A stretch of DNA of 64,000 bases from a virus. Taxonomy: Duplodnaviria; Caudoviricetes. Where the stretch lies: IMG/VR virus record IMGVR_UViG_649633002_000001, positions 5,191 through 69,190 of that record; one strand, 5' to 3'. The position numbers and the translations under genes were made by a program. The first letter of the stretch is position 1. Each line of letters begins with the position of its first letter. Shown here in pieces: positions 37,070 to 47,291 of the stretch. The notes under the pieces are model-generated. The model saw only the letters and a list, made by a program, of their open reading frames with translations. It did not search any database and had not been told where the DNA came from.

Positions 37070-37573
37070 ATGCCTGCACCGCCTGCCCCACCTTCCAGAC
37101 CTTCGCCACCAGTGCCGCCCACTAAGCCAACTTCAGGGCCCAGACCGGCACCGCCAGACCTAAGCAAGATCCCGACTATCAAAGCCATTGAGATTCAATT
37201 TCAAACGGGCGACGATGATAAGGACCGTGACACACGGCTCAACGTTGACTTCGTTCACGCTGGTGTCGTTTTTGCTTCCTCACAACCAGTAGACGATAAC
37301 CCCGCGCATGACGGTATCTTTTCGCCTACTATCGACGAGTTTAGTGACAGCATGTCGACGCCGTGGCTTACGGTGCCCATTTTGGCCAACATACGAAAGG
37401 ATCAACTTCCACAGTGCACAACCAAGCTTCATATCCAACCAATTGGACACGACACATGGAAGTTCGATTATTGGGTAAGGCTGCATTTCTCTGATGGAGC
37501 TACGGATGAACAACACTTCAATGGTCTTACACTCAGTCAGGACTCAAAAGATGCTTCATTCCCGCTAAAGTAG
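37070..37573 (+). CDS. Pro-rich N-terminus plus beta-sandwich (PLAT-like) domain
   Basis: GGAG RBS; IEIQFQTGDDDKD...GHDTWKFD resembles PLAT/LH2-like folds (by eye). Confidence 0.55.
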   Translation: MPAPPAPPSRPSPPVPPTKPTSGPRPAPPDLSKIPTIKAIEIQFQTGDDDKDRDTRLNVDFVHAGVVFASSQPVDDNPAHDGIFSPTIDEFSDSMSTPWLTVPILANIRKDQLPQCTTKLHIQPIGHDTWKFDYWVRLHFSDGATDEQHFNGLTLSQDSKDASFPLK

Positions 37574-37854
37574 CAAGTTCGCTGATGTGATCCTTCCATG
37601 TCAGGCTGGGACGGCGGAGGCATCGACGGCCTGACGTTACGGCTGGGAGAGACAACGGAGGTGGAAGTGGATGCTCTTTTGGGACTACGATGCAACTGCA
37701 CGGGAATGATGACGAAATTGCGGCCTTCGTTAGCTACCTTCCCTTTCCGGGGTACGATCGATCAGGTCAGGCATTCAAAGGGTTATAAGCTTTCGTAGCT
37801 CTCAGAGACCCATCGCGCACAGTCCGCTTACAAGCGGTTAAGGAAATCGTTTCG

Positions 37855-38707
37855 CTACTTCCTCTTGACAATCACCTTTACCCAAAACGATCCAATGTTG
37901 TCATCGTAGAAGAGTTCTCTGTTTGTCGGGTCGTCAAATTGCACATCGTTCACCGTAAACCACAACTCCCCACTTTTATCTGCAATGGAGTCATTGTGTT
38001 GTCCAGCAAAAAATAAACTACCCGAAGATGGTACATTTTTGCCGCCGATACCAGCGACGAGCCCCCCAGCTGGCTCGCTCGGAATTAGATAATGTTCGCG
38101 GCGCGACCGAAAGCTTGGCTTGTAAGAGTCGAGGCTAAATCCATTTGGCCCAACCCAAGGGCGGGTGAGGATGAGAGAAGCCCTCTCTTCTTTAGTGAAA
38201 AATTGCTTAGGGACCCGAGTTTCTTCGGGGTCATCTCTACGGATTTTCTCTTTCTCCACCCATTCATTCTCATAATGTAAGCGCCGCTCAACGTTCTCCC
38301 AGATACTGTGCATGTCTACGCACACTTTGCCTCCGGCGGTCACGGTGATGTGGTCTCCCTCTGTCACCGGAATTCCCGATTGCTGCCACCCCTCCGGCGT
38401 CACCGTGATGAGATACTCCGCGCTGCCTCGAGCCTTTTCAGATCGCTCAAAGAAAATGCGAGCTGGTGTTCCCTAGCTGAACTTCTGCGGGTTGCACCGT
38501 GAACAACTTGCTAAAAATAAACATGAATAGCAATGCCATGAGGGCGAACGATGCCAGCATGAGAATCAGAGTAGCCAATCTGCGGGGCTCTGAAAGTATC
38601 GTATCAAGAACGTCTCCAATGGTCCGCCCTAGGGATGCGTATCCACCCTCCGGCGTGCCCGATGGGGCTGAGGAGCTTTCTCCGCTATTTGTCGATTTAT
38701 CAAACAT
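37855..38707 (-). pseudogene. Membrane-anchored LecA/PA-IL-like lectin, split by a frameshift near 38450
   Basis: ORF 38447-38707 (TM) continues in another frame (FERSEKARGSAEYLITV) into 37855-38403 with GWQQSGI..GD.I.VTAGG, GGLVAGIG, SGELWFTVND, DNIGSF. Confidence 0.6.
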
Positions 38708-38717
38708 GCTAATTTCC

Positions 38718-39023
38718 TCAGTGAGTCAACCACAATCCCACACCCCCGTGATGAGAGCAAGTCCCTCGGGCGTGTTGGCTAAAGCTGTAGGTCCCATCTG
38801 AACACTTCGCAGTCGCCCCGGACGGTGCCGAGGGTGCCCGCATCGGAGTGTGGACCCGCTGGCCGTCTATGTTGGTGTAGTGGGTGCCCGAGGCGGGACC
38901 AGTGGTGGTTGCGGGAGCCGTGGGCGGGGCAGGAGTCGGCTGCGGGTTCTGCGTTGGTTGCTGCGAACTCAACGCCAACGGGAACAACAAAAGTGCGGCT
39001 AAAAGCGAGGTCCTACTCAGCAT
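38718..39023 (-). CDS. Secreted DUF3761-domain protein
   Basis: Signal peptide; GATAKCSDGTYSFSQHARGTCSHHGGV. Confidence 0.85.
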   Translation of the reverse strand: MLSRTSLLAALLLFPLALSSQQPTQNPQPTPAPPTAPATTTGPASGTHYTNIDGQRVHTPMRAPSAPSGATAKCSDGTYSFSQHARGTCSHHGGVGLWLTH

Positions 39024-39103
39024 TTGATTCCCTCGGGTGGATGTCTGAAGGTATCCCGAGGGCGGGGCGTTGTAAACATCAATCTTGGAGGCGGCCGGCG
39101 AGC

Positions 39104-39355
39104 CTACGGGACGATTTCTAAGCTAATTTTTAGGTCGGTCCGCAGGGCGATTACGTGCAAGACGTTGCGGAGCGAAGTAGCCGTTCGCCCATTCTTACCG
39201 ATGATGCTTCCCACGTCGTCCGTTGCAACGGTGACGCGATAAACAACCTTGCCCAGCTCCGTGGTGGCGATGGAAAGCACCACCTCATTGGGTCGGCCCA
39301 CCATGAGCTTGATTATTTCCGAAAGCGCCGCTCCTGTTCGTTCAATGTCTACCAT
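39104..39355 (-). CDS. khpA: KH-domain RNA-binding protein (KhpA-like)
   Basis: DVGSIIGKNGRTATSLR (GxxG loop); TAGACT-N7-ATG start at 39355. Confidence 0.85.
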   Translation of the reverse strand: MVDIERTGAALSEIIKLMVGRPNEVVLSIATTELGKVVYRVTVATDDVGSIIGKNGRTATSLRNVLHVIALRTDLKISLEIVP

Positions 39356-39380
39356 GATGGGCAGTCTACGGGAATAGGGG

Positions 39381-40349
39381 CTAAAGAGAGGAGACAAATT
39401 TCATTAGCTCGGGCTTGTCCCGCCAATGCGCCTTGCCTTTTCGAGGGCTTAGTCTGTTCAGCTCTTTGCGGAAGCGTTCAGGAGTCATGGAGAGGTAACG
39501 CTCAGTCGCCCCCAGGTCTACTTGCCCCATGTATGCGGCCAGTGCAGGGAGCATCCGGCTAAGGTTAGCGCCATTTCGAATCCAGGACGTGATCCGATGA
39601 ACCGCAAAGGTGAATTTGAGGTCATTAAGTCTCGGTTCCAGGGCGCTACCGTCCCGCCGGCAAACCCCCGCGATACGCCGTAGCCGCGCAAAGCAGACTA
39701 CCACCGATTTCTTACTCAGGGGTTTGTCATTCTTAGTAACGAGAAAGTGCGGGTCGAACAGTCTCTTCCTTGCCCTCCAATTTCTGTACTTCTGCAGGAC
39801 TTCGCATAGGTCACGCGATAAGGGAATGCTGCGACTTCGATTCCATCGCGCGCTCACAATCGTGAGCATTCCGGTTTCGAGATCTACGTCTGCGTCTTTG
39901 ACCCCCAAAATCTCGCCGGTTAGCGCCCCGGTGCCATAGAGGAAGAGGATAAAGGTCCTCAAAGTTTGAGGATCAACCAACCTAGTAGGGTGATGGTCCG
40001 TGCGCGCCGCGCGCAACAGGCTTTGGATTTCGGCTCGGGAGTAAATGTAGGGCTCGAAAGTCTGCCTCACCTCCGGTCTTTGAGGGGGCATCCGGAGGCC
40101 GGGCAACACCGCGCGAGCGGACCAAAATTCAAAGAAGCGGCTCAGCATCTGATGCTTCAATCGCCACGTTCTCGACCCGATTGATTGCCCATCCAGAAAC
40201 CCAAGCACGTCCTTTGCCGTGACCGCAGCGAGCGCCACGGGTCCAAGATACTGGCATAGTTGCAGGAGCATCGAGCCTCCCCGTTCAAAGACAATCCCCT
40301 CCGCATGTCTACGTGAGATGTACTTTTCAACGGCCTCGGCAACCGTCAT
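39381..40349 (-). CDS. Tyrosine recombinase-like protein (RitB-like), catalytic residues degenerate
   Basis: PYIYS, LYGTGALTGE, RLNDLKFTFAVHR, YMGQ..TERYL; ATGA overlap with upstream recombinase. Confidence 0.8.
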   Translation of the reverse strand: MTVAEAVEKYISRRHAEGIVFERGGSMLLQLCQYLGPVALAAVTAKDVLGFLDGQSIGSRTWRLKHQMLSRFFEFWSARAVLPGLRMPPQRPEVRQTFEPYIYSRAEIQSLLRAARTDHHPTRLVDPQTLRTFILFLYGTGALTGEILGVKDADVDLETGMLTIVSARWNRSRSIPLSRDLCEVLQKYRNWRARKRLFDPHFLVTKNDKPLSKKSVVVCFARLRRIAGVCRRDGSALEPRLNDLKFTFAVHRITSWIRNGANLSRMLPALAAYMGQVDLGATERYLSMTPERFRKELNRLSPRKGKAHWRDKPELMKFVSSL

Positions 40350-41635
40350 TTGACCCCCGCCAGACTGAAGGATGCTACTTGCCGAAGCGACTTGAGATCA
40401 TATTTCGCATAGATGGACACAGACCGCATGTCCCGGTGGCCAAGAAAATCCGCGATGTCTTTCAGCGATGAGCCCCTCCGTAGAAGCTCGGTGGCGCAAG
40501 AGTGCCGAAGCGCGTGGCCACCGTAATTCTCGGAGGTGATACCAAGTTTCTTCATGCGGTCAGCCGCAATGCCCCACAAGGTCGTAGCCCTCACCGTCCG
40601 ATATGGGGGCCGCAGGGTAACGAAGACGTTCCTACAGACACATTGAGGACGCCCACGTTGAAGATAGCCAAGAATCGCCTCTCCCACCTCGAATTGGATC
40701 GGAAATTGCTGAACTCTACCCCGCTTGGCCCGGTGTACGACAAACGTTTCGCTTACCCAATTGAAATCCGATAATCTGAGGCCCACGACCTCACTGCTCC
40801 GCAGCCCATAGATCGAACACAGATAGAGTATCGCGGTCGCTCTCAACTCCACCGGGGTCTCAGTTTTGTTGTTGATAAGCCTTCGAACGTCTTTCCAAGT
40901 AGGGCCCTTCGGCGCGGAAAGATACCTCGGGATATGCGGCCCCCGCAGGTTTAGCGGAATGTGCGAGTTGTTCCAGCCCCGCTCTTCGGCGTATCGGAAG
41001 AACATTCGAATGGCTCCGCAAAACGAAACGATTGACCGGGGCAGATATCCACTCGCGCGCTTCATTAGGATGAAGTCGTCAACGTCGGACAGTGAGATGA
41101 CCGATAGCGAAGCCCGACGGTCGAGAGCCCACTCCAAGAAATGTGACACCCGCGTCCGGTAGATGCGCGTCGTCTCCGGGGCCAAGCCTCGCACCACGGA
41201 GAGATAGTGGGCGAATCCACGGACTATGATTTCGGTCGGCCCCGGGTCCAGGGCTTCGATGGTTAGTTGGTTATGAAAACGCAACCAATTCTTAGCCGTT
41301 AGAAGAAATCTCATTCCCGAGACTTTGGTTGGTCTGCGGGCGGTTCTGGGACCGGGTTCGGTCAGCCAACGTTCGGTCCCCCGCTGCAACTCTTCGATAC
41401 TCACGGCCCGCGAGCTTTCGAGTTCGAGAAACCTAACTATGTTGAGAAGCATGGCAGCCATAGACCGTAAGCGCGACCGTCCGACGCCCTGCCGGGCCAT
41501 ATAGTCAAGGTACTCTTCACGTTCACGGAGCATGGGAGCAGCGCACTGCCTCGCACGAGTGCTTTCGAAGACGAATAGCTCTTGGATCATGACGTTCCGG
41601 TTCCTGTGGCAAAGACAACCCGCAATGCAGATCAC
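40346..41635 (-). CDS. Tyrosine recombinase (RitA-like)
   Basis: YGLRSSEV, AKRGR, HALRHSCAT, FLGH, SIYAK; probable start ATG ~41590. Confidence 0.9.
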   Translation of the reverse strand: MICIAGCLCHRNRNVMIQELFVFESTRARQCAAPMLREREEYLDYMARQGVGRSRLRSMAAMLLNIVRFLELESSRAVSIEELQRGTERWLTEPGPRTARRPTKVSGMRFLLTAKNWLRFHNQLTIEALDPGPTEIIVRGFAHYLSVVRGLAPETTRIYRTRVSHFLEWALDRRASLSVISLSDVDDFILMKRASGYLPRSIVSFCGAIRMFFRYAEERGWNNSHIPLNLRGPHIPRYLSAPKGPTWKDVRRLINNKTETPVELRATAILYLCSIYGLRSSEVVGLRLSDFNWVSETFVVHRAKRGRVQQFPIQFEVGEAILGYLQRGRPQCVCRNVFVTLRPPYRTVRATTLWGIAADRMKKLGITSENYGGHALRHSCATELLRRGSSLKDIADFLGHRDMRSVSIYAKYDLKSLRQVASFSLAGVK

Positions 41636-41993
41636 GGCGGAACACCACGCTAACGCCTCCGTTAGCGTTTGGGAAGAGAGACTTGTCGCATTGCTCTAAT
41701 CTCTTGTCTTGGCGATAAAGCGAACACTCCAACCGGCATGAATTGACTACGGCGAGGTCCGCATAGACTTTGTGCTCCCGTTGGGAATCAAGGGATGCCG
41801 GCCACCTTCAACGTTTTGTCCGCCATCCCTAAAGATGAACAATCTCATTAGATTGAGGGCCGTTTCAACAAGAGTCGATAAGTTACAAATGGGTTAGGGC
41901 TGCCTTGCACCGATGTGACTTCCATACAACTTCAGCTTCAGTATGTCGTTAAGGCGACAGTTTCCGAAGAGTTTGGGCTTTATTCTTTCGTGG

Positions 41994-42812
41994 ATGAGCG
42001 GCCCCGAGCTAATTGAACCCAAGTGCTCCGCCTGCAAAGACGGAGTTAGTCAGCCTTTCCCGATGACAATGGCGTTCCAACCCATTGTCGATGTGCTGGA
42101 GTCCCGCGTTTATGCCTACGAGGCCCTTGTCCGGGGTTTGAACAACGAACCGGCGGGCGTGGTCATGGCACAGCTGACCGAAGACAATCGATACGCCTTT
42201 GACCAAAGTTGCCGTGTCGCTGCCATTACTCTCGCAGCCCGCCTTGGCTTGAAAGACACTGGGGCAAAGTTATCCATCAACTTCATGCCTGGGGCGGTCT
42301 ACAATCCCGCTGCTTGCATCCGGCTAACCTTGGAGACGGCACGAAAGCTAGACTTCCCACTCGATCTACTCATCTTTGAGATCACCGAGATGGAAGAAAT
42401 CAAAGACCGAAACCACGTCTTGAAAATTGCCCAGGAATATCGTCGCCACGGATTTCAAATGGCTATCGATGACTTCGGCTCGGGCTATTCGGGTCTCAAT
42501 CTTTTAGCGGACCTTACGCCCGACATTCTTAAACTAGACATGGACCTCACCCGCAATCTTCACGCGCGGCCCACGGCCTTAGCCATCGTCCGTTCTACTG
42601 CCGAGCTTTGCCGGGAACTCGGAGTGACTTGCATCGCCGAAGGGGTCGAGACTGTTGAGGAGCTGCGGGCGCTTCGCTCTTGCGGCATCCGTCTGATGCA
42701 AGGCTACCTATTAGCCCGTCCAGCTTTCGAGGCGCTACCCGCTGTCGCGTATCCGCAAGACCTTGGAGCTCTTCCAGGCCGACGTGAAGCTGCACAATCT
42801 CTTAGCGCTTGA
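41994..42812 (+). CDS. Stand-alone EAL domain c-di-GMP phosphodiesterase
   Basis: FQPI, YEALVRG, SINF, FEITE, IDDFGSGYS, KLD, AEGVET, QGY. Confidence 0.95.
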   Translation: MSGPELIEPKCSACKDGVSQPFPMTMAFQPIVDVLESRVYAYEALVRGLNNEPAGVVMAQLTEDNRYAFDQSCRVAAITLAARLGLKDTGAKLSINFMPGAVYNPAACIRLTLETARKLDFPLDLLIFEITEMEEIKDRNHVLKIAQEYRRHGFQMAIDDFGSGYSGLNLLADLTPDILKLDMDLTRNLHARPTALAIVRSTAELCRELGVTCIAEGVETVEELRALRSCGIRLMQGYLLARPAFEALPAVAYPQDLGALPGRREAAQSLSA

Positions 42813-43098
42813 TCCATTCAGTAGCTTGTGCAATCACGGTCCGATCTTTGCTGACACAGGCACGCTACAAAGCCCCACCGGGATAGAAATCGGACTGCGG
42901 TTAGACAAGGGCCGGTTGTGACGCGGGACGGCGATAGCGTGTCACTTTCCGCGGTTTATTGCAATCAACGCAAGTATCCACCTCTCGTGAAAAGCCGAGG
43001 CGTCGTCCTCTCGTACCCGAAGTGAGAAAACGGACGGCATTATTTCAGCATAGCCCGCACATAAATCACCACATAGTGGGACGGCGGGAACAGTCTGC

Positions 43099-43356
43099 CT
43101 AATCGCTCGAATATCGTGAGAGCGCGGCCCGCCCTCGCGTATCGTGACGCCTCGATTGATCGCGCACGGCTGAGTAGTTGATTGAAGGCCAATGCTTGAG
43201 GGGTGACCATGTCGCGAACTTCAATTCGGCCTCGACCATCTGGCCACAGACGGAGCATGGGTGTACTCGCCAACGAGCGCGGTCGATGTCGGCATGTAAG
43301 AGCTGCTGAATTTCAGGTCCAAATTCCCCTGAACACGGCCTTTTAGGGACGGGCAT
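43099..43356 (-). CDS. Small hypothetical protein with CxxC
   Basis: HPCSVCG; ATG start. Confidence 0.45.
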   Translation of the reverse strand: MPVPKRPCSGEFGPEIQQLLHADIDRARWRVHPCSVCGQMVEAELKFATWSPLKHWPSINYSAVRDQSRRHDTRGRAALSRYSSD

Positions 43357-43759
43357 TTGTTTTTGGATTCTTGGTCAGCCCTGCTGGTTGGTCGCAACGT
43401 TGTGCAAAGTTCGCTTTCGGATGCTGCTGAAACGATCTCAGGTTCGCGGTCTACGCGTGTTAGGTCAATCCATGGTGAGCCTGATCGTGAGGGATTGCGT
43501 AATGAGGGTGTTGGGAAGACGCTCCGCCATCATCAATCTGCATTACTAGAATGATCACGCAGTACTCCCCGTTCAATTCCCTGCCCAACTCTGTGCCTGA
43601 CAGTCAAGGGCTTACTATTTAGGCTGCATCGGGTTGCCGCTCGGTTGATTTTGAGAAATCGCATATCAAGCAAGACTTTGACCACTCGTCACCTTAGCAA
43701 AATGTGACTGTCACCTATGGGTGATACCCATTCGTCTAGATTGCCCGTAACGTGGTGAG

Positions 43760-43936
43760 ATGACCTGGATGTTCTGGGAAACACTGAAGCTGCTCGTCTA
43801 CTCAATCAGCGGAATATGGGTGCTCTGCTATCTACTTTCAATGATGATGACTACCGGCGGAGTAGCATCTCATGCCGAGACTGAGACACGCATCGATCCA
43901 ATCGAGGTGTTCGACGAAGAGCTGTCCCTCCAATAG
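43760..43936 (+). CDS. 58-aa single-pass membrane peptide (not in ORF track)
   Basis: TAACGT-N6-ATG; MTWMFWETLKLLVYSISGIWVLCYLLSMMM... Confidence 0.35.
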   Translation: MTWMFWETLKLLVYSISGIWVLCYLLSMMMTTGGVASHAETETRIDPIEVFDEELSLQ

Positions 43937-44127
43937 GGGGGGGATTCCAGAAAAGCTGAATTCTTTCGATGATGGTCAGCGAAGGAATGATTGATCCTGA
44001 CGTTAGGTCGAATTCCAAGCCCTCCCCAGACAGACCAATGCCTGACTGGTCGAGGCCAAAGCTACCGCATCTTTATCCCCAGAACGTGTTATTGCGACTC
44101 GTTGATTGAACTTGCGACAGTATTCGC

Positions 44128-44328
44128 ATGATAGGCCCCACGTTCCAATCCTTGAAGATCGTCACATTTGCTTTGCTGATGCTGGGTGCAGTCGGCTCAT
44201 CCCTCTTCGCGTTAGGGGCGAGGATCAGCAAGCCCAAGCAGGCCGAACCTAAAGAACAGTTCATTCCGAGTAACGTGATTCCGTTCCATGACGCGCGGGC
44301 GAAGACTGCGAGCAAAGTTAGCCGTTAG
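44128..44328 (+). CDS. Small single-pass membrane protein
   Basis: IVTFALLMLGAVGSSLFALGA followed by a basic tail. Confidence 0.4.
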   Translation: MIGPTFQSLKIVTFALLMLGAVGSSLFALGARISKPKQAEPKEQFIPSNVIPFHDARAKTASKVSR

Positions 44329-44517
44329 GCGGCCTCATCCATCTCTGCTGGCCGCTAAAGAAGAGCGGCATGCTCCGTGAATAAGTGTTGCGGTAGGCAG
44401 GGACAGTCGGTGTACTTTGGGCAGGCGGCCGGGTGGGGGCTACGGGGTGTTTGGATTGGTCGTAATCCATCCAAATGTCGCTGGAAATCGTCTTATAGAA
44501 GTGCTGACAACGATTAG

Positions 44518-45687
44518 GGAAACTCTGCACAAGTTCTGCGTCCGCGGCCTGATGGATTAATCTGATGGTTAGGGGTGGATGGCGATGAAGCAGCAGACGT
44601 TTGCGTCCCAGTCGATCTTTGAGAAGTATGGGCGGAAGTCTCGGCGGGAGCTGTTTTTGGATGAGATGGAAGTGGTTGTTCCGTGGCCCGAGTTACAGGC
44701 TCTGGTCGAACCGCACTACCCGAAGGCCGGCAACGGCCGTCGTCCTGTCGGGCTTGCGATCATGCTTCGGACGTACTTTATGCAACAGTGGTTCAACTTG
44801 TCCGACCCCGGCGTCGAAGAGGCGTTTTATGAGTCCTTCACGCTGCGGCGGTTCGCTGGTGTTGACCTGGGCGTGGCTCCGGCACCGGATGAAACGACAG
44901 TGCTGCGCTTCCGCCACCTGCTCGAAAAGCATGACCTTGGCGGTGCCATGCTCGACGCGGTGAACCTGCATCTGGCGGCCAGGGGCATCCGCATCGAGAC
45001 CGGCACGATCGTGGATGCGACCATTATTCATGCGCCTTCTTCGACCAAGAACGAGAAGAAAGAGCGTGATCCGGCGATGCGTCAGACTCGTAAGGGCAAG
45101 CAGTGGTACTTCGGACTGAAGGCGCACATCGGCGTTGATGCAAAAGAAGGTCACGTGCACTCAGTGGCAACGTCGGCGGCCAACGTCTCCGACGTACACA
45201 TGCTGCCGGATCTGCTACATGGGGAGGAGCGCAAGGTGTGGGGCGACGGCGGCTATCAAGGCCAGACCAAGGCCATCCGGCAGGCCGCGCCCAAGGCCCA
45301 GGACATGACCTGCAAGCGAACCAGGTTCAAGAACTATGTCGATGAAGCGGCAAAGAAGAAGAATACGACGAAATCAAAAGTAAGAGCGAAAGTAGAACAC
45401 GTCTTCCGTATCCTGAAGCGCGTCTTCGGCTTCGACAAGGTACGCTACAGAGGCATCGCCAAGAACCATCACCGGCTATGCGCCAACTTCGCCCTCATCA
45501 ACCTCTACCTCCACCGCAAGCACCTGGCGGGAACCGCCGCCTAGCGCCGGGAGACGGGCTATGAGTCTTCGACTCCGCACAAACCCCAGCCAGAACAAGC
45601 AAAGCACGGCCCAACCGCAGAAAAACTTGGCCGCCGACTCAAGTCACACACCGACATCGTCAAATCGGCCGCCTGCGCAGAGGCTCC
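44518..45687 (+). mobile_element. IS5-family insertion sequence
   Basis: Imperfect TIRs GGAAACTCTGCACA / TGCGCAGAGGCTCC flanked by TTAG duplication (44514-44517, 45688-45691). Confidence 0.92.
44579..45544 (+). CDS. tnp: IS5-family DDE transposase
   Basis: QQWFNLSD, PDETT, IVDAT, KAHIGVD, WGDGGY, RAKVEHVF. Confidence 0.96.
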   Translation: MAMKQQTFASQSIFEKYGRKSRRELFLDEMEVVVPWPELQALVEPHYPKAGNGRRPVGLAIMLRTYFMQQWFNLSDPGVEEAFYESFTLRRFAGVDLGVAPAPDETTVLRFRHLLEKHDLGGAMLDAVNLHLAARGIRIETGTIVDATIIHAPSSTKNEKKERDPAMRQTRKGKQWYFGLKAHIGVDAKEGHVHSVATSAANVSDVHMLPDLLHGEERKVWGDGGYQGQTKAIRQAAPKAQDMTCKRTRFKNYVDEAAKKKNTTKSKVRAKVEHVFRILKRVFGFDKVRYRGIAKNHHRLCANFALINLYLHRKHLAGTAA

Positions 45688-46057
45688 TTAGAGCTAGATG
45701 TTCCCATGGGGTGGAAGAGATTACTTTAGACCGCGCAGGAATTACCGATCTACCCAGCAACGGGGATCTTGTAAACTGCTTTGGCGGGGTGGCAGTAGTA
45801 CAAGCCTGTGAAATCTATGAGACTGGTGAGGGTAACCGATCAGTCCTACTGGACGTGGAGATCCGGTCTGGCAAACACCGTATCCATGACTTGGTGCATA
45901 GATTTAACCGGCTGAGCCGAGGCGGCTTTCAGCCTAAACGCGTTACGGGCGCCATTGTTGATTTGGTGTCACGTAAGAGCTAAAGCTTGACACCGTAAGT
46001 TACTAAAGTTACTTTCAGGTTCTGGACGCGGTATCGAGACCCACTGAGTCTGCCCTC

Positions 46058-46294
46058 ATGCGCGTCCTGTGGAGAGCTGTGGAAACCATTACCGGCCAGA
46101 GCTTTACGAGAGTTTCAATTCACATCGACGGAAAGAGATTCGTCGATTGCACTTTCACTCGCTGCATGTTGGGCTACAGCGGAGGAGAGGTTGAGTTTAA
46201 GGGAACTATCTTGAAGGACTGCAAATATCTCTTGTACGGGGCTGCCAGAGAGCCTGTGTTCGACCTGCAGACAAGACGCGCCGTAAACGTTTAG
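46058..46294 (+). CDS. Small beta-helix-like hypothetical protein
   Basis: IDGKRFVDCTFTRC..YSGG. Confidence 0.5.
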   Translation: MRVLWRAVETITGQSFTRVSIHIDGKRFVDCTFTRCMLGYSGGEVEFKGTILKDCKYLLYGAAREPVFDLQTRRAVNV

Positions 46295-46501
46295 GCACTA
46301 CGGGGGATTTCGTGACTCACCGGACACTACGGATTCTTAGCGGGTATCAAACTACAATTCGATCACTGCCCAATTGACGCCTGAGGACATCTCCTCGACT
46401 TTGATTTGCTGAAATCGAATGTGTCTCATTTTTGTGAACTTGGCATCTTTTTGCTCCTTCGTCCTCATCCCACGGTGATCCTTCGACCCTCAAGAGGTTT
46501 T

Positions 46502-47290
46502 ATGATCACAACGCTTTTCTCTCCCGTAAACCTATCTATTGCAGTTCTCTGCGCTATTTCCTCATTGATGAGCGGACAGTCGTCAGCCATAAACCTCACT
46601 GAAAATACCGATATTCCCAGTCGAGTCTTGAAGCCTGGGCTCTACAAGATAAGCATCGTGGATTCCCTAGATGACAGATACATAGTCAGGGTTGAATATC
46701 CCAACAGTACAGAGCACCAGCTCTTCCTAGGAGTTGTCGGCTCTCCTCACCCCGCAGGGGTTGTAGATTGGGAGAAAGGAATCGACGGAAATCACGCTAT
46801 CCGAGAAGTGTCTTTCGAGAATGGCCCAGTCGTCGAGTTTGTGTATCCGAAGGCCGATGCAGCGAAACTAGCGCAGAAGAATAAATCTCATATCGTCGCC
46901 GTAGATTACGCTAGCGCAAACATCGTTCATACCGACCGACTGACAGCGGATCAGATACGCGTGGTTGACTTGTGGACGCTCTCCTTTACAAAGACAGGTC
47001 CAGAGGATCAAACACCAGCAATTCTAGCGCAACGATACGAACCGCCTTCAACACAGGTCACCACGCCGAACTTGGGTGTTGCACAAGTCGCGCAATTGCA
47101 CTTGCCTGCCCAGCCTGCGGCTTCACCCACTCCTCCAGCGTTGAGACCAGTAAAACATCTGGCCACAATCAGAACGCTCCCACATACAGGAAGTCAGTTG
47201 CCGCTTGTATGGCTTCTCGGTGCACTTTCCATCGTTGGTGCACTATCGTTACAGTTTTCGTCTAACAAACGCGGAAGCGCCGGTTCTTAG
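46502..47290 (+). CDS. Secreted protein with LPXTG sorting signal
   Basis: Signal peptide; C-terminal LPHTG, hydrophobic helix and KR; directly upstream of sortase. Confidence 0.85.
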   Translation: MITTLFSPVNLSIAVLCAISSLMSGQSSAINLTENTDIPSRVLKPGLYKISIVDSLDDRYIVRVEYPNSTEHQLFLGVVGSPHPAGVVDWEKGIDGNHAIREVSFENGPVVEFVYPKADAAKLAQKNKSHIVAVDYASANIVHTDRLTADQIRVVDLWTLSFTKTGPEDQTPAILAQRYEPPSTQVTTPNLGVAQVAQLHLPAQPAASPTPPALRPVKHLATIRTLPHTGSQLPLVWLLGALSIVGALSLQFSSNKRGSAGS

Positions 47291-47291
47291 G

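Noticed and set aside
39381-41850. Complete RIT element
   Set aside because: Only two recombinases and no terminal inverted repeats identified
45561-45983. 140-aa ORF after the IS5 transposase
   Set aside because: Spans the IS5 right end, so it is a chance fusion of IS and flanking DNA
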